DNA of 64,000 bases from Actinomycetota bacterium (GTDB lineage: Bacteria; Actinomycetota; Acidimicrobiia; Acidimicrobiales; JAJPHE01): assembly GCA_021325435.1 (NCBI GenBank), contig JAJPHE010000010.1, positions 8,647 to 72,646 of the forward strand, in the 5' to 3' direction. The number at the start of each line of letters is the position of its first letter. Position 1 is the stretch's first letter. The notes under the pieces were generated by a model. That model searched no databases. It saw only the letters and a program-made list of their open reading frames with translations, and was not told where the DNA came from. The position numbers were made by a program, and so were the translations under genes. Of this stretch, positions 38,499-46,986 are shown in pieces.

Positions 38499-40022
38499 AT
38501 GGCCGAACCTGTCGTAGAGATCTCGACCGGCAAGGTGCGGGGCACGTCCGCCGACGGGGTGCTCTCCTTCAAGGGCATCCCCTACGGGGCGCCCCCGGTC
38601 GGCCCCGCCCGCTGGCTGCCGCCCCGACCGGCGCAGCCGTGGACGGGAGTGCGCGACGCCGTCGAGTACGGGCCGTCGTGCCCGCAACCGGCCGAGCGCC
38701 CTCGGGGCTGGTCGCCCGAGGACCGCGAGGACGAGGACTGCCTCGTCCTGAACGTGTGGACCCCCGCCGTCGGGGACGGTGGGCGCCGGCCGGTAATGGT
38801 CTGGTACCACGGCGGGCTGTACACGATCGGCTCGGGGTCGTGGCCCCTCTACGACGGGGCGGCCCTGGCCCGCCGGGGCGACGTGGTGGTGGTGACCGTC
38901 AACCACCGACTCGGCGTGCTCGGCTACCTCCACCTGGCCGGCGTCGGCGGCGACGAGTACGCCACCTCGGGCAACGCCGGCATGCTCGATCTCGTCGCCT
39001 CCCTCGAATGGGTGCGCGACAACATCGCCGCCTTCGGCGGTGACCCGGACAACGTCACCATCTTCGGCGAGTCCGGCGGCGGGGCCAAGGTCAGCACCTT
39101 GCACGTCATGCCCGCCGCCCGGGGACTGTTCCACCGGGCCGCCATCCAGAGCGGGCCCGGGCTGCGGGTGCAGAGCACCGAGGACTCCGAGCGCTACACC
39201 GGTCGGCTGCTGGCCGAGCTCGGCGTCGAGGCCGGCGCCGGCGCCATCGCCGCCCTGCAGCGGGTGCCGGCGGCCACGCTGGTCGAGGCGGCGAGGGCGG
39301 TGACCCCCCGGCCCGGATCGCTGACCCCTCCGGGCGCCTCCGCCGGTCGGCCGCCCGGGGGCGTCGGGGGCTTCGTTCCCGTTCTCGACGGACGGTCGGT
39401 TCCGGCCCACCCGGCCGACGCCCTGGCCGACGGCACCGCCGCCGACGTGCCGGTGCTGATCGGGCGCAACAACGACGAGGGCACCTTGATGATGGCCGCC
39501 GACCCGGTGCTGACCGACCCCGGCTCCCTCGACGACGCCGGGCTGCGCCAGCGGCTCGAGTCGTTCGGCGATCGGGCCGAGTCGCTCCTCGCCGGCTACC
39601 GCCGGGCCTACCCCGGCGCCGGACTGCTCGACCTCCTCATCGCCATCGGCAGCGACGCCTTCATGGGGGCGGGCACCGCCCGCTGGGCCGAGCAGCGCCT
39701 GCGGGGAGGGACACACCCGGTGTTCATGTACCGCTTCTGCTGGGCGGCGGGGCCGCTGCGGTCCGGGCACGGCTTCGAGATCGCCTTCGTGTTCGACAAC
39801 GCCCGCCCGCCGGTGATGACCCCGTCCGACAGCCGCACCCGCCTGGCCGAGGCCATGAGCGAGGCGTGGCTGGCCTTCGCCCGCCACGGTGATCCCAACC
39901 ATGCCGGCCTGCCGAAGTGGGCCAGCTACTCGCTGGATGAGCGGGCCACCATGATCTTCGACCGCGACTCCACCCGGGTCGAGCCCGACCCCTTCGACGC
40001 CGTCAGGGAGCTGTGGAACTAA
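38499..40022 (+). CDS. Type B carboxylesterase
   Basis: FKGIPYG, EDCLVLNVW, HGG, NHRLG, FGGDPDNVTIFGESGGG and SGH. Confidence 0.94.
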   Translation: MAEPVVEISTGKVRGTSADGVLSFKGIPYGAPPVGPARWLPPRPAQPWTGVRDAVEYGPSCPQPAERPRGWSPEDREDEDCLVLNVWTPAVGDGGRRPVMVWYHGGLYTIGSGSWPLYDGAALARRGDVVVVTVNHRLGVLGYLHLAGVGGDEYATSGNAGMLDLVASLEWVRDNIAAFGGDPDNVTIFGESGGGAKVSTLHVMPAARGLFHRAAIQSGPGLRVQSTEDSERYTGRLLAELGVEAGAGAIAALQRVPAATLVEAARAVTPRPGSLTPPGASAGRPPGGVGGFVPVLDGRSVPAHPADALADGTAADVPVLIGRNNDEGTLMMAADPVLTDPGSLDDAGLRQRLESFGDRAESLLAGYRRAYPGAGLLDLLIAIGSDAFMGAGTARWAEQRLRGGTHPVFMYRFCWAAGPLRSGHGFEIAFVFDNARPPVMTPSDSRTRLAEAMSEAWLAFARHGDPNHAGLPKWASYSLDERATMIFDRDSTRVEPDPFDAVRELWN

Positions 40023-40504
40023 CTCCCGTGGTCGAGTCCGGGGTGCACCCCGGGATGTAGGCCCTGGGCGGCGGCCAGCCGCTGCAACATGGCGATGAGG
40101 GCCTGGCGCTCGCCCGGCTGGAGCGGCTCGCACAACCGGGTCTCGTGCTCCATGGCCAGCCTCCCCGCGGCGGCGAGCGTCTTGCGGCCGGCGGCGGTGA
40201 CGTGAAGGGCCCGCACCCGGCGGTCGGACGGATTGGCCCGCCGCTCCACCAGGCCCCGCTGCTCCAGCTCGTCTACGAGGGACACCATCTGGCTCGGGGC
40301 GATGTGCAGCGAGTCACCGAGGGCCTGCTGGGACTGGCCCTCGGACTGCGCCACCAGCCGCAGGACGGCGAACTGGCGGGGCTCGATCCCGAGCGGCGTC
40401 AGGACCTCGCGGAAGCGACGGGCCGTGACCGTGCCCAGCTGGGCCAGGAGGAACCCCACCGCGTCGTGGGGGCCACCAGCGACTTCCGTCACATCCAAAA
40501 CCAT
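40019..40504 (-). CDS. MarR-family regulator
   Basis: LVDELEQRGLVERRANPSDRRVRALHVTAAG. Confidence 0.93.
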   Translation of the reverse strand: MVLDVTEVAGGPHDAVGFLLAQLGTVTARRFREVLTPLGIEPRQFAVLRLVAQSEGQSQQALGDSLHIAPSQMVSLVDELEQRGLVERRANPSDRRVRALHVTAAGRKTLAAAGRLAMEHETRLCEPLQPGERQALIAMLQRLAAAQGLHPGVHPGLDHGS

Positions 40505-40511
40505 AGCGCTA

Positions 40512-40524
40512 ATGAATCATTCAT
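40512..40524. promoter_or_regulatory. Candidate MarR operator
   Basis: Perfect ATGAAT-C-ATTCAT palindrome in the marR/MMPL divergent gap. Confidence 0.6.
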
Positions 40525-40573
40525 GCTACAAACTATCTCGCTCGATACCGTTCTCACCCGAGGGGGCCCGAAG

Positions 40574-42745
40574 TTGACCGTCACCGCATCCGCCCCGAAG
40601 GCGCCGCCCGCCGGGGCTGTCCCGCCCCGCCGGGGCCTCGGCCGCCTGGCCGCCGCCGTCCTCCGCCACCGCCGGCTCATCATGGTCGCCTGGCTGGTGC
40701 TGTTCCTCGCCGGGGGCATGGCCGCCGGCAAGGTGTCCAACCGGCTGAAGTTCGACTTCGCCCTGCCGGGCCAGCCCGGCTACGAGACGGCGCACCGGAT
40801 CACCCAGCTCTACGGCAACGGGGGTGAGACGTCGCCCGACATCGCGGTGGTGACGGTGCCGGCGGGCCAGACGGTCGCCGCCGACCGGGCGGCCATCGCC
40901 GCCGGCTTCGACCGGGTGCGGGCGGCGGTGCCCGAAGCCCGGGTGGTCGACCTGGCCAACACCAACGACCCGGCCCTCGTCACCCGCGACGGCCGCAGCA
41001 CCTGGGCCCTGATCCTCACCCCCACCCCCCACGGGTTCAGCAACAACACGCTGCCGAAGCGGGTTCAGGCCGCCCTCGGCTCGTCGCTGCCCGGCTACGG
41101 GGTGGGCGTCACCGGCATGGACCAGCTGGCCTCCGGGGGCCACGACAAGGGGCCCGGGGTGCTGCTGGAGACGGTCGTCGGCGGCCTGGGCGCCCTGGCC
41201 GTGCTGGCCTTCGTCTTCGCCTCGCTCCTTGCTCTGCTGCCGCTTCTGATCGCCGCCGTCTCGATCGTGACCACGCTGCTGGTGATCCTCGGGCTCACCT
41301 ACCTGACCGACGTGTCGTTCATCGTCCAGTTCCTGGTGTCCCTCATCGGTCTCGGCGTGGCCATCGACTACTCGCTGCTGCTCGTCACCCGCTGGCGTGA
41401 GGAGCGCGACAAGGGCGCCACCAACGAAGAGGCCATCGTGGTGGCCACCACCACCGCGGGGCGGACCGTCGCCCTGTCCGGCCTCACCGTGGCCATCGGC
41501 CTGCTCTCCCTCGTGGTGCTGCCCATGCCGTCCATGCGCAGCGTCGGGTTCGGGGGCATGCTCATACCGCTGGTGTCGGTGAGCGTGGTGCTGACGCTGC
41601 TGCCCGCCATCCTCGGCGGCATCGGCCAGCGCATGGACTGGCCCCACGTGCGTCACGAACGGACGGCCAGCCGGGCGTGGAGCGGCTGGGCCCAGCGCAT
41701 CGTCAACCACCGCTGGATCGGAGTGGGGGCGGCCGCCGTGGTCCTCGGGCTCCTGATCGTGCCCATCTTCGGCATCCGCTTCGGCCAGGACAGCCTGTCG
41801 TCGCTGTCCCAGTCCGGGCCGGCCCACCAGACGCTGGAGACGCTGACCGCCGGTGGCGTCCCCACCGGCGTTCTCACCCCGCTCGAGGTGCTGGTCCGCT
41901 CGGGTGACGCCCCGGCCGTCCAGGCCCGCCTGTCGCGGGTTCCGGGCATCACCACCGTCGCCCTGCCCGCCGGCCCCACGGGCACCCGGGCCGGGATCAC
42001 CGACCTGGTCGCCGTGCCCGACGTGGCGTCGCTCAACAACACCACCCTCGGACCGGTCAACGCGGCCCGCTCCGCTCTGGCCGGACAGCCCGGGGTCATC
42101 GGCATGGCCGGCCAGGGCCCGATCCTGCAGGACTTCAGCAAGGCCATCTACGGCCACTTCCCGCTCATGTTCGGGCTCATCGCCCTCCTCACCGCCGTGC
42201 TGCTCACCTTCGCCTTCCGCTCGGCGGTGCTGGCGGTCAAGGCCGTCGTGCTCAACCTGATCTCGCTCACCGCCACCTTCGGGTTCATGGCGTGGTTCTG
42301 GCAGGAGGGGCACGGCTCCGACGCCCTGTTCAGCATCCCGGCCACGGGGGCGATCACCTTCTGGATCCCGTTGATGGTGTTCGCCTTCCTGTTCGGGCTG
42401 TCGATGGACTACGAGGTGTTCATCCTCACCCGGGTGCGCGAGGAGTACGACCGCACCGGGTCCACCACCACCGCCGTCGTCGAAGGGCTGGGTAGGACGG
42501 GGCGGCTGGTGACCAGCGCCGCCCTCATCCTCTTCCTCGCCTTCGCCTCATTGGCCTCGGCGCCCGTCACCGACATCAAGGTGCTGGCCACCGGCCTCGG
42601 CGTCGGCATCCTGCTCGACGCCACCGTCGTCCGGGCCCTGCTGGTGCCGGCCCTGGTGGCCCTGCTCGGGCGGTGGAACTGGTGGTTGCCCGGCCCCCTG
42701 GCCCGCTGGTCGGGGCGGCGGCTGGCGCCTGCTCCGGCGGCGTGA
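40574..42745 (+). CDS. MMPL/RND-family membrane transporter
   Basis: TTG start; two TM halves with GLGVAIDYSLL..R.REE and FGLSMDYEVFI..R.REE; GRLVTSAA. Confidence 0.93.
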   Translation: MTVTASAPKAPPAGAVPPRRGLGRLAAAVLRHRRLIMVAWLVLFLAGGMAAGKVSNRLKFDFALPGQPGYETAHRITQLYGNGGETSPDIAVVTVPAGQTVAADRAAIAAGFDRVRAAVPEARVVDLANTNDPALVTRDGRSTWALILTPTPHGFSNNTLPKRVQAALGSSLPGYGVGVTGMDQLASGGHDKGPGVLLETVVGGLGALAVLAFVFASLLALLPLLIAAVSIVTTLLVILGLTYLTDVSFIVQFLVSLIGLGVAIDYSLLLVTRWREERDKGATNEEAIVVATTTAGRTVALSGLTVAIGLLSLVVLPMPSMRSVGFGGMLIPLVSVSVVLTLLPAILGGIGQRMDWPHVRHERTASRAWSGWAQRIVNHRWIGVGAAAVVLGLLIVPIFGIRFGQDSLSSLSQSGPAHQTLETLTAGGVPTGVLTPLEVLVRSGDAPAVQARLSRVPGITTVALPAGPTGTRAGITDLVAVPDVASLNNTTLGPVNAARSALAGQPGVIGMAGQGPILQDFSKAIYGHFPLMFGLIALLTAVLLTFAFRSAVLAVKAVVLNLISLTATFGFMAWFWQEGHGSDALFSIPATGAITFWIPLMVFAFLFGLSMDYEVFILTRVREEYDRTGSTTTAVVEGLGRTGRLVTSAALILFLAFASLASAPVTDIKVLATGLGVGILLDATVVRALLVPALVALLGRWNWWLPGPLARWSGRRLAPAPAA

Positions 42746-43782
42746 GCGGCGTGCAGGTCGACACCACCGCGCCCCCCGGGGCCGGCGTCACCGGCGAGGA
42801 ACCGGCGGCGGCCGTCTACGACCTGGTGAAGCGGTACGGGCGGGCCCCGGTGAACGCGGTGGACGGCGTCACCTTCACCGTCCGCCCCGGCGAGGTGTTC
42901 GGCCTGCTCGGCCCCAACGGGGCGGGCAAGACCACCACCATCGGGGTCCTCACCACCCGGGTGCGCCCGACGGCCGGGCGGGCCACCGTGGGCGGGGTGG
43001 ACGTGGTGGCCGACCCGGTGGGGGCCCGGGGCCAGATCGCCGTGGTCCCCCAGCGCAGCAACCTCGACCGGTCGCTGTCGATCCGCGACAACCTGATCTT
43101 CCACGCCGCCTACCACGGGGTGTCGCCCCGCGACCGGGCCCGCCGGGCCGACGAGCTGCTCGACCAGTTCGGCCTCCTCCCCCGGGCCAACTCGAAGCCC
43201 GACTTCTTCTCGGGGGGCGAGTCGCAACGGGTCATGATCGCCCGGGCCCTCATGCACGCCCCCCGGGTGCTGTTCCTCGACGAGCCCTCGACCGGTCTCG
43301 ACCCGGCCGCCCGGCTGTTCGTGTGGGACCGGCTGCGCGACCTCAAGGCCGCCGGCGTCACCCAGGTGCTGACCACCCACGACATGTACGAGGCGGCCGC
43401 CCTCGCCGACCGCATCGGCATCATGGACCACGGCAAGCTGCTGGCCCTCGACCGTCCCGCCGCCCTCGTCCAGTCCCTGCCCGGCAGCACCACCCTGGAC
43501 CTGGTGCTGGCCCCCGCCGGCCCCGCCGTCTCCGACCTGCTGGTCGAGCTGAGCCAGCTGCCCGCGGTGGAGCGGCTGGAGGAGCTGCCCGCCGACCCTG
43601 ACGACCAGGGGTCCGAGCCGGCGGTGCGGGTGCGGCTCTACGTCGCCGGCGAGGCGCCCGGCCTGGTGGCCCCGGCGGCGGCCGCCGCCGCCGGAAGGGG
43701 CATGCGCCTGGTCGACATCCGCCTCGGCACCCCGACCCTCGAGGATGTCTTCATCCACCTCACCGGGAGGACGCTGCGCTGA
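42742..43782 (+). CDS. ABC exporter ATPase (DrrA-like)
   Basis: GTGA overlap; GPNGAGKT, FSGGE, LFLDEP, TTH and TLEDVFIHLTG. Confidence 0.93.
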   Translation: MSGVQVDTTAPPGAGVTGEEPAAAVYDLVKRYGRAPVNAVDGVTFTVRPGEVFGLLGPNGAGKTTTIGVLTTRVRPTAGRATVGGVDVVADPVGARGQIAVVPQRSNLDRSLSIRDNLIFHAAYHGVSPRDRARRADELLDQFGLLPRANSKPDFFSGGESQRVMIARALMHAPRVLFLDEPSTGLDPAARLFVWDRLRDLKAAGVTQVLTTHDMYEAAALADRIGIMDHGKLLALDRPAALVQSLPGSTTLDLVLAPAGPAVSDLLVELSQLPAVERLEELPADPDDQGSEPAVRVRLYVAGEAPGLVAPAAAAAAGRGMRLVDIRLGTPTLEDVFIHLTGRTLR

Positions 43783-44576
43783 CCGCCACCGCTCTCTCCA
43801 GTCCGACCGCGCCGGGCCGGGCGTTCCTCGCCGTGCTGCGCCGCGACGTGCACGTCACCGCCCACGACCTTCCCACCTTCCTCGCCCAGGTCATCCTGCA
43901 GCCCCTGTTCCTGCTGTTCGTGTTCGGCAAGGTGCTCGGCAGCCTCGGCTACACCCGGGGCGGCTACGCCAACCTGCTCTTCCCCGGGCTGGTCGCCCTC
44001 ACCGCCGTCATCACCGGCATGCAGTCGCTGGCCTTTCCGTTGGTGGCCGAGTTCGGCTGGACGATGGAGATCGAGGACCGCCTGCTGGCCCCGATGAGCA
44101 CGGCCCTGGTGGCGGCCGAGAAGGTGCTGTTCGCCACCCTCCGGGCCATCACCGCCTCGGTGGTCATGATCCCCGTCGGCATCCTGGTGCTCGGCTCCAT
44201 CCCGTGGCGCTGGTCGGCCCTCGGCTTGTTCGCGGTGATCGTCATCCTCGGCTCGCTGCTGGGCGCGGCCATGGGCCTGGTGATCGGCACGTCCGTGCAG
44301 CCCCCGCAGATCAACATCGTGTTCACCTTGGTGTTCACCCCGCTGCTCTTCACCGGCTCCAGCCAGTACCCGTGGCCGTCGCTGTCCCGCCTGCCGTGGT
44401 TCAAGGTCGTAACCGCCATGAACCCGATGACCTACGTGAGCGAGGGGCTGCGGGCCGCCATGGTCCCCCGAGTGCCCCACATCGAGCCGTGGATCTGCGT
44501 CAGCGTGCTCGTCGGCTCGTTGCTGGTGCTGATGACGGTCGGCGTGCGCGCCTTCTACCGCCGGGCCATCACCTGA
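43779..44576 (+). CDS. ABC-2 permease (DrrB-like); probable CTG start
   Basis: CTG at 43779 overlaps the upstream TGA and lies 8 nt after GGGAGG; the alternative GTG start at 43833 would truncate the N-terminus. Confidence 0.88.
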   Translation: MTATALSSPTAPGRAFLAVLRRDVHVTAHDLPTFLAQVILQPLFLLFVFGKVLGSLGYTRGGYANLLFPGLVALTAVITGMQSLAFPLVAEFGWTMEIEDRLLAPMSTALVAAEKVLFATLRAITASVVMIPVGILVLGSIPWRWSALGLFAVIVILGSLLGAAMGLVIGTSVQPPQINIVFTLVFTPLLFTGSSQYPWPSLSRLPWFKVVTAMNPMTYVSEGLRAAMVPRVPHIEPWICVSVLVGSLLVLMTVGVRAFYRRAIT

Positions 44577-45835
44577 GCCGTCCCCTCGTCGACCACCACG
44601 GTCGCCTCGACCGCCGGCTGGTGGCGGTCATGGCCGTGGCCACCGGCCTGGCCGTGGCCAACAACTACTACGCCCAGCCCCTGCTGCCCGCCATCGGCCG
44701 CGACCTCCACCTGCGCCCGGGAGTCGCCGGCCTCATCGTCACCGCCGCCCAGGTCGGCTACGCCCTTGGCCTCATGTTCCTGCTCCCGCTCGGCGATCTG
44801 GTCGAGCGCCGCCGGCTCATGGTGCTGCTCGCCCTGGGCACCGGCGCCGCCCTGGTGTGGATGGGCGTGGCGCCCAACGGTGCCGTTCTCCTGCCCGCCG
44901 CTCTCGCCGTCGGGGCCATGTCCGTGCTGGCCCAGGTGCTGGTGCCGTTCTCGGCGTCGCTGGCGCCCGAGCACGAGCGGGGGCGGGTGGTCGGCATGGT
45001 CATGAGCGGGCTGTTGATCGGCATCCTCCTGGCCCGCACGGTGGCCGGATACCTGGCCGAGACGGGAAGCTGGCGGGTGGTGTACTTCGCCGCCGGGGCG
45101 GCGATGCTCGCCCAGGCCGTCGTGCTGCAACGACAGCTGCCCACCTGGCGGGAGGAGCCCGGCCTCACCTACCCCCGACTCGTCGCGTCCGTCGTCGCCC
45201 TTCTGCGCCGCGAGCCCGTCCTACGCCTGCGCGGCGTCTACGGGCTGCTGTCGTTCGGGACCTTCAGCGTGCTGTGGACCTCGGTCGCCTTCCTCCTCGC
45301 CCACCACTACCGGTACTCGACGGGGACCATCGGCCTGTTCGGGCTGGCCGGGGCGGCCGGCGCTGTCACCGCCACCGCCGCCGGCCGGCTGTCGGACCGG
45401 GGCGGCGCCCCCCGCTCCACGCTGGTGACCAACGTGGCCCTGGTCGTCTCGTGGGCGGCGCTGTGGGCCGGCGGGCGCAGCGTGGCCGCTTTGGTGGTCG
45501 GCATCGTGGTGCTCGACGTCGGCAGCCAGGGGTTGCACATCACCAATCAGGGCGAGATCTACCGACTGCACGCCGAGGCCCGCAGCCGGCTCACCGCCGC
45601 CTACATGGTGATGTTCTTCATCGGCGGGGCCACCGGGTCCGTCCTGTCCGCCACCCTCTACGAAGTCTGGGGTTGGAACGGGGTGTGCCTGGTGGGGGCG
45701 GCCTACGCGGTGGCGTCGCTGACCGTGGCTCTCGTCGTGGGCGTGGGCCAGCACCAACCTGGCCGCCCCGCGCCCGCGACTGCAGATGCGCTCAGGAGCC
45801 CGGCCCGCTCTCCTGAATTTTCTGACGGCGGATAG
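44573..45835 (+). CDS. MFS transporter; start uncertain (CTG 44573, GTG 44621 or ATG 44630)
   Basis: MAVATGLAVANNYYAQPLL, PLGDLVERRR, GRVVG and SRLTAAYM; about 12 TM segments. Confidence 0.9.
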   Translation: MSRPLVDHHGRLDRRLVAVMAVATGLAVANNYYAQPLLPAIGRDLHLRPGVAGLIVTAAQVGYALGLMFLLPLGDLVERRRLMVLLALGTGAALVWMGVAPNGAVLLPAALAVGAMSVLAQVLVPFSASLAPEHERGRVVGMVMSGLLIGILLARTVAGYLAETGSWRVVYFAAGAAMLAQAVVLQRQLPTWREEPGLTYPRLVASVVALLRREPVLRLRGVYGLLSFGTFSVLWTSVAFLLAHHYRYSTGTIGLFGLAGAAGAVTATAAGRLSDRGGAPRSTLVTNVALVVSWAALWAGGRSVAALVVGIVVLDVGSQGLHITNQGEIYRLHAEARSRLTAAYMVMFFIGGATGSVLSATLYEVWGWNGVCLVGAAYAVASLTVALVVGVGQHQPGRPAPATADALRSPARSPEFSDGG

Positions 45836-45864
45836 GCCGTCGTCGGGTTGAGGGCCTATCCGCC
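45827..45864. terminator. Bidirectional-type hairpin between convergent operons
   Basis: GGCGGATAGGCC-N14-GGCCTATCCGCC perfect 12-bp stem. Confidence 0.7.
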
Positions 45865-45946
45865 TCGCGTTCGTCAGGTCGTTGATCAACCTTGGTGGAC
45901 GCGCTTTTCGACCACTCCCCCGCCCCCTCCGATGGCGGATCCGCAT

Positions 45947-46243
45947 TCACGGCCGGTTGGCGAGCTCCAGGTCGGTCACCTCACCGTCGTCGGTGAACAC
46001 GGCCGTGAACCGGTGCTCGTCGCCGCCCGCCGACGGCCACGCCACCCCGGTCACCTCGTTTCCGTCCACGTCGTCCGACCGGACGACGACGCCTGCGCCC
46101 AGGCGGGCCTCCACGGCCGCCACCAGGTTGGCGAAGGCGTCAGCTCAGAGGTCTCATCAGAAGTGGTACCAGTGCCCGCCGATCTCCTCGTCGACGTCAC
46201 CCCACGTGGAGCCGCACAAGGCGCACGGTTGGCCCTTCGTCAC
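45947..46243 (-). CDS. Putative tri-selenocysteine protein with a TRASH/YHS-like (Ta0938-like) motif CxxC-x18-UUxxU, 98 aa
   Basis: GTG 46243 overlaps the upstream TGA with SD GGAGG; MTKGQPCALCGSTWGDVDEEIGGHWYHF-TGA-TGA-D-L-TGA-ADAFANLVAAVEARLG...ELANRP-TGA. In-frame TGAs are at 46159-57, 46156-54 and 46147-45. selAB are in the window. Confidence 0.82.
46102..46138 (-). promoter_or_regulatory. Candidate in-frame bacterial SECIS element(s)
   Basis: Two alternative hairpins just 3' of the TGAs: GCCUUC-GCCA-[ACCUGG]-UGGC-GGCCGU-GGAGGC and GGC-GGCC-[GUGGA]-GGCC-C-GCC. Confidence 0.5.
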
Positions 46244-46986
46244 CGGCGCTCACCTCCTTCGGCCTGCTCGGCGTCGATCCGGTTGGCCAGGCGCCAGACG
46301 GCGTCCATCATGCGGCGCAGGCGGGCCATCGACTCGGCCAGCACGGCGAGGATCTCGTCTTGGCGCTCCGGCGGGGTGTGGCGGGCGATGATCTCCACCG
46401 TCTCGTGGCCGTGGCCGGCGTCGGCCTGGTCGCTCACCTCGAAGAACTCGAGGCTGTCGTCGTCGATGCCGAGGGCCCGGGCGTAGGGCTCGGGGTCGAG
46501 CCCGGTGCCGGCGGACAGCCCGTAGGCGGCGGGCAGGTTGCGGTCGCCCAGGATCTCCAGGCCGTTGACGGCGGTAAACCCGACCAGCCAGTCCGGGTGG
46601 CGGGCCTGCTCCCACAGCCAATCGAAGGCGTCGGCCGCCTCGGGTAGGGGCGGGTGGGACTCGATCTCGGCCCGGGTGAGCCCGACGCTCTCACCGAGGC
46701 GCACCAGCAGCTGGTAGTGGTTGTCGTCGCCGGCGGGGTCGCGCACCACCTCGGACATGAGGTTCTCGACCTCGTAGGCGATGACGGAGAACTCGGGGCA
46801 GTTCGAGATGATCGACCCGACCCAACGCGGGAACAGCCGGGAGAACTTCGTCCACTGCAGCACGAAGGCGCGGATCACCCCGACGGTCGGCGCCGAGGCC
46901 ATGGCGGCGATGAGGGCGGGCGGGTGGCGGAACCAGCTGTCGACCACCAGCTGCTCGACCCGGGGGCCCATGGGGTTGTCGCTCAC
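46240..46986 (-). CDS. PqqC/CADD/TenA-like heme-oxygenase-like dimetal (HDO) protein
   Basis: GTG 46986 overlaps the upstream TGA; FPRWVGSIISNCP, ENLMSE...NHYQLL, NGLE and FFEVSDQADAGHG. Confidence 0.8.
   Translation of the reverse strand: MSDNPMGPRVEQLVVDSWFRHPPALIAAMASAPTVGVIRAFVLQWTKFSRLFPRWVGSIISNCPEFSVIAYEVENLMSEVVRDPAGDDNHYQLLVRLGESVGLTRAEIESHPPLPEAADAFDWLWEQARHPDWLVGFTAVNGLEILGDRNLPAAYGLSAGTGLDPEPYARALGIDDDSLEFFEVSDQADAGHGHETVEIIARHTPPERQDEILAVLAESMARLRRMMDAVWRLANRIDAEQAEGGERR

Noticed and set aside
45947-46243. Reading the triple-TGA gene as a pseudogene or as genome-wide TGA=Trp/Gly recoding
   Set aside because: All three stops fall on expected Cys columns with no other lesions, and TGA is the normal terminator of most genes in this window, so Sec is more parsimonious. 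This remains unproven.
45848-46486. Plus-strand ORFs 45848-46486 and 45882-46391 as the gene in this interval
   Set aside because: They lack SD or coupling and recognisable motifs; the minus-strand UGA-containing frame has the coding signature.
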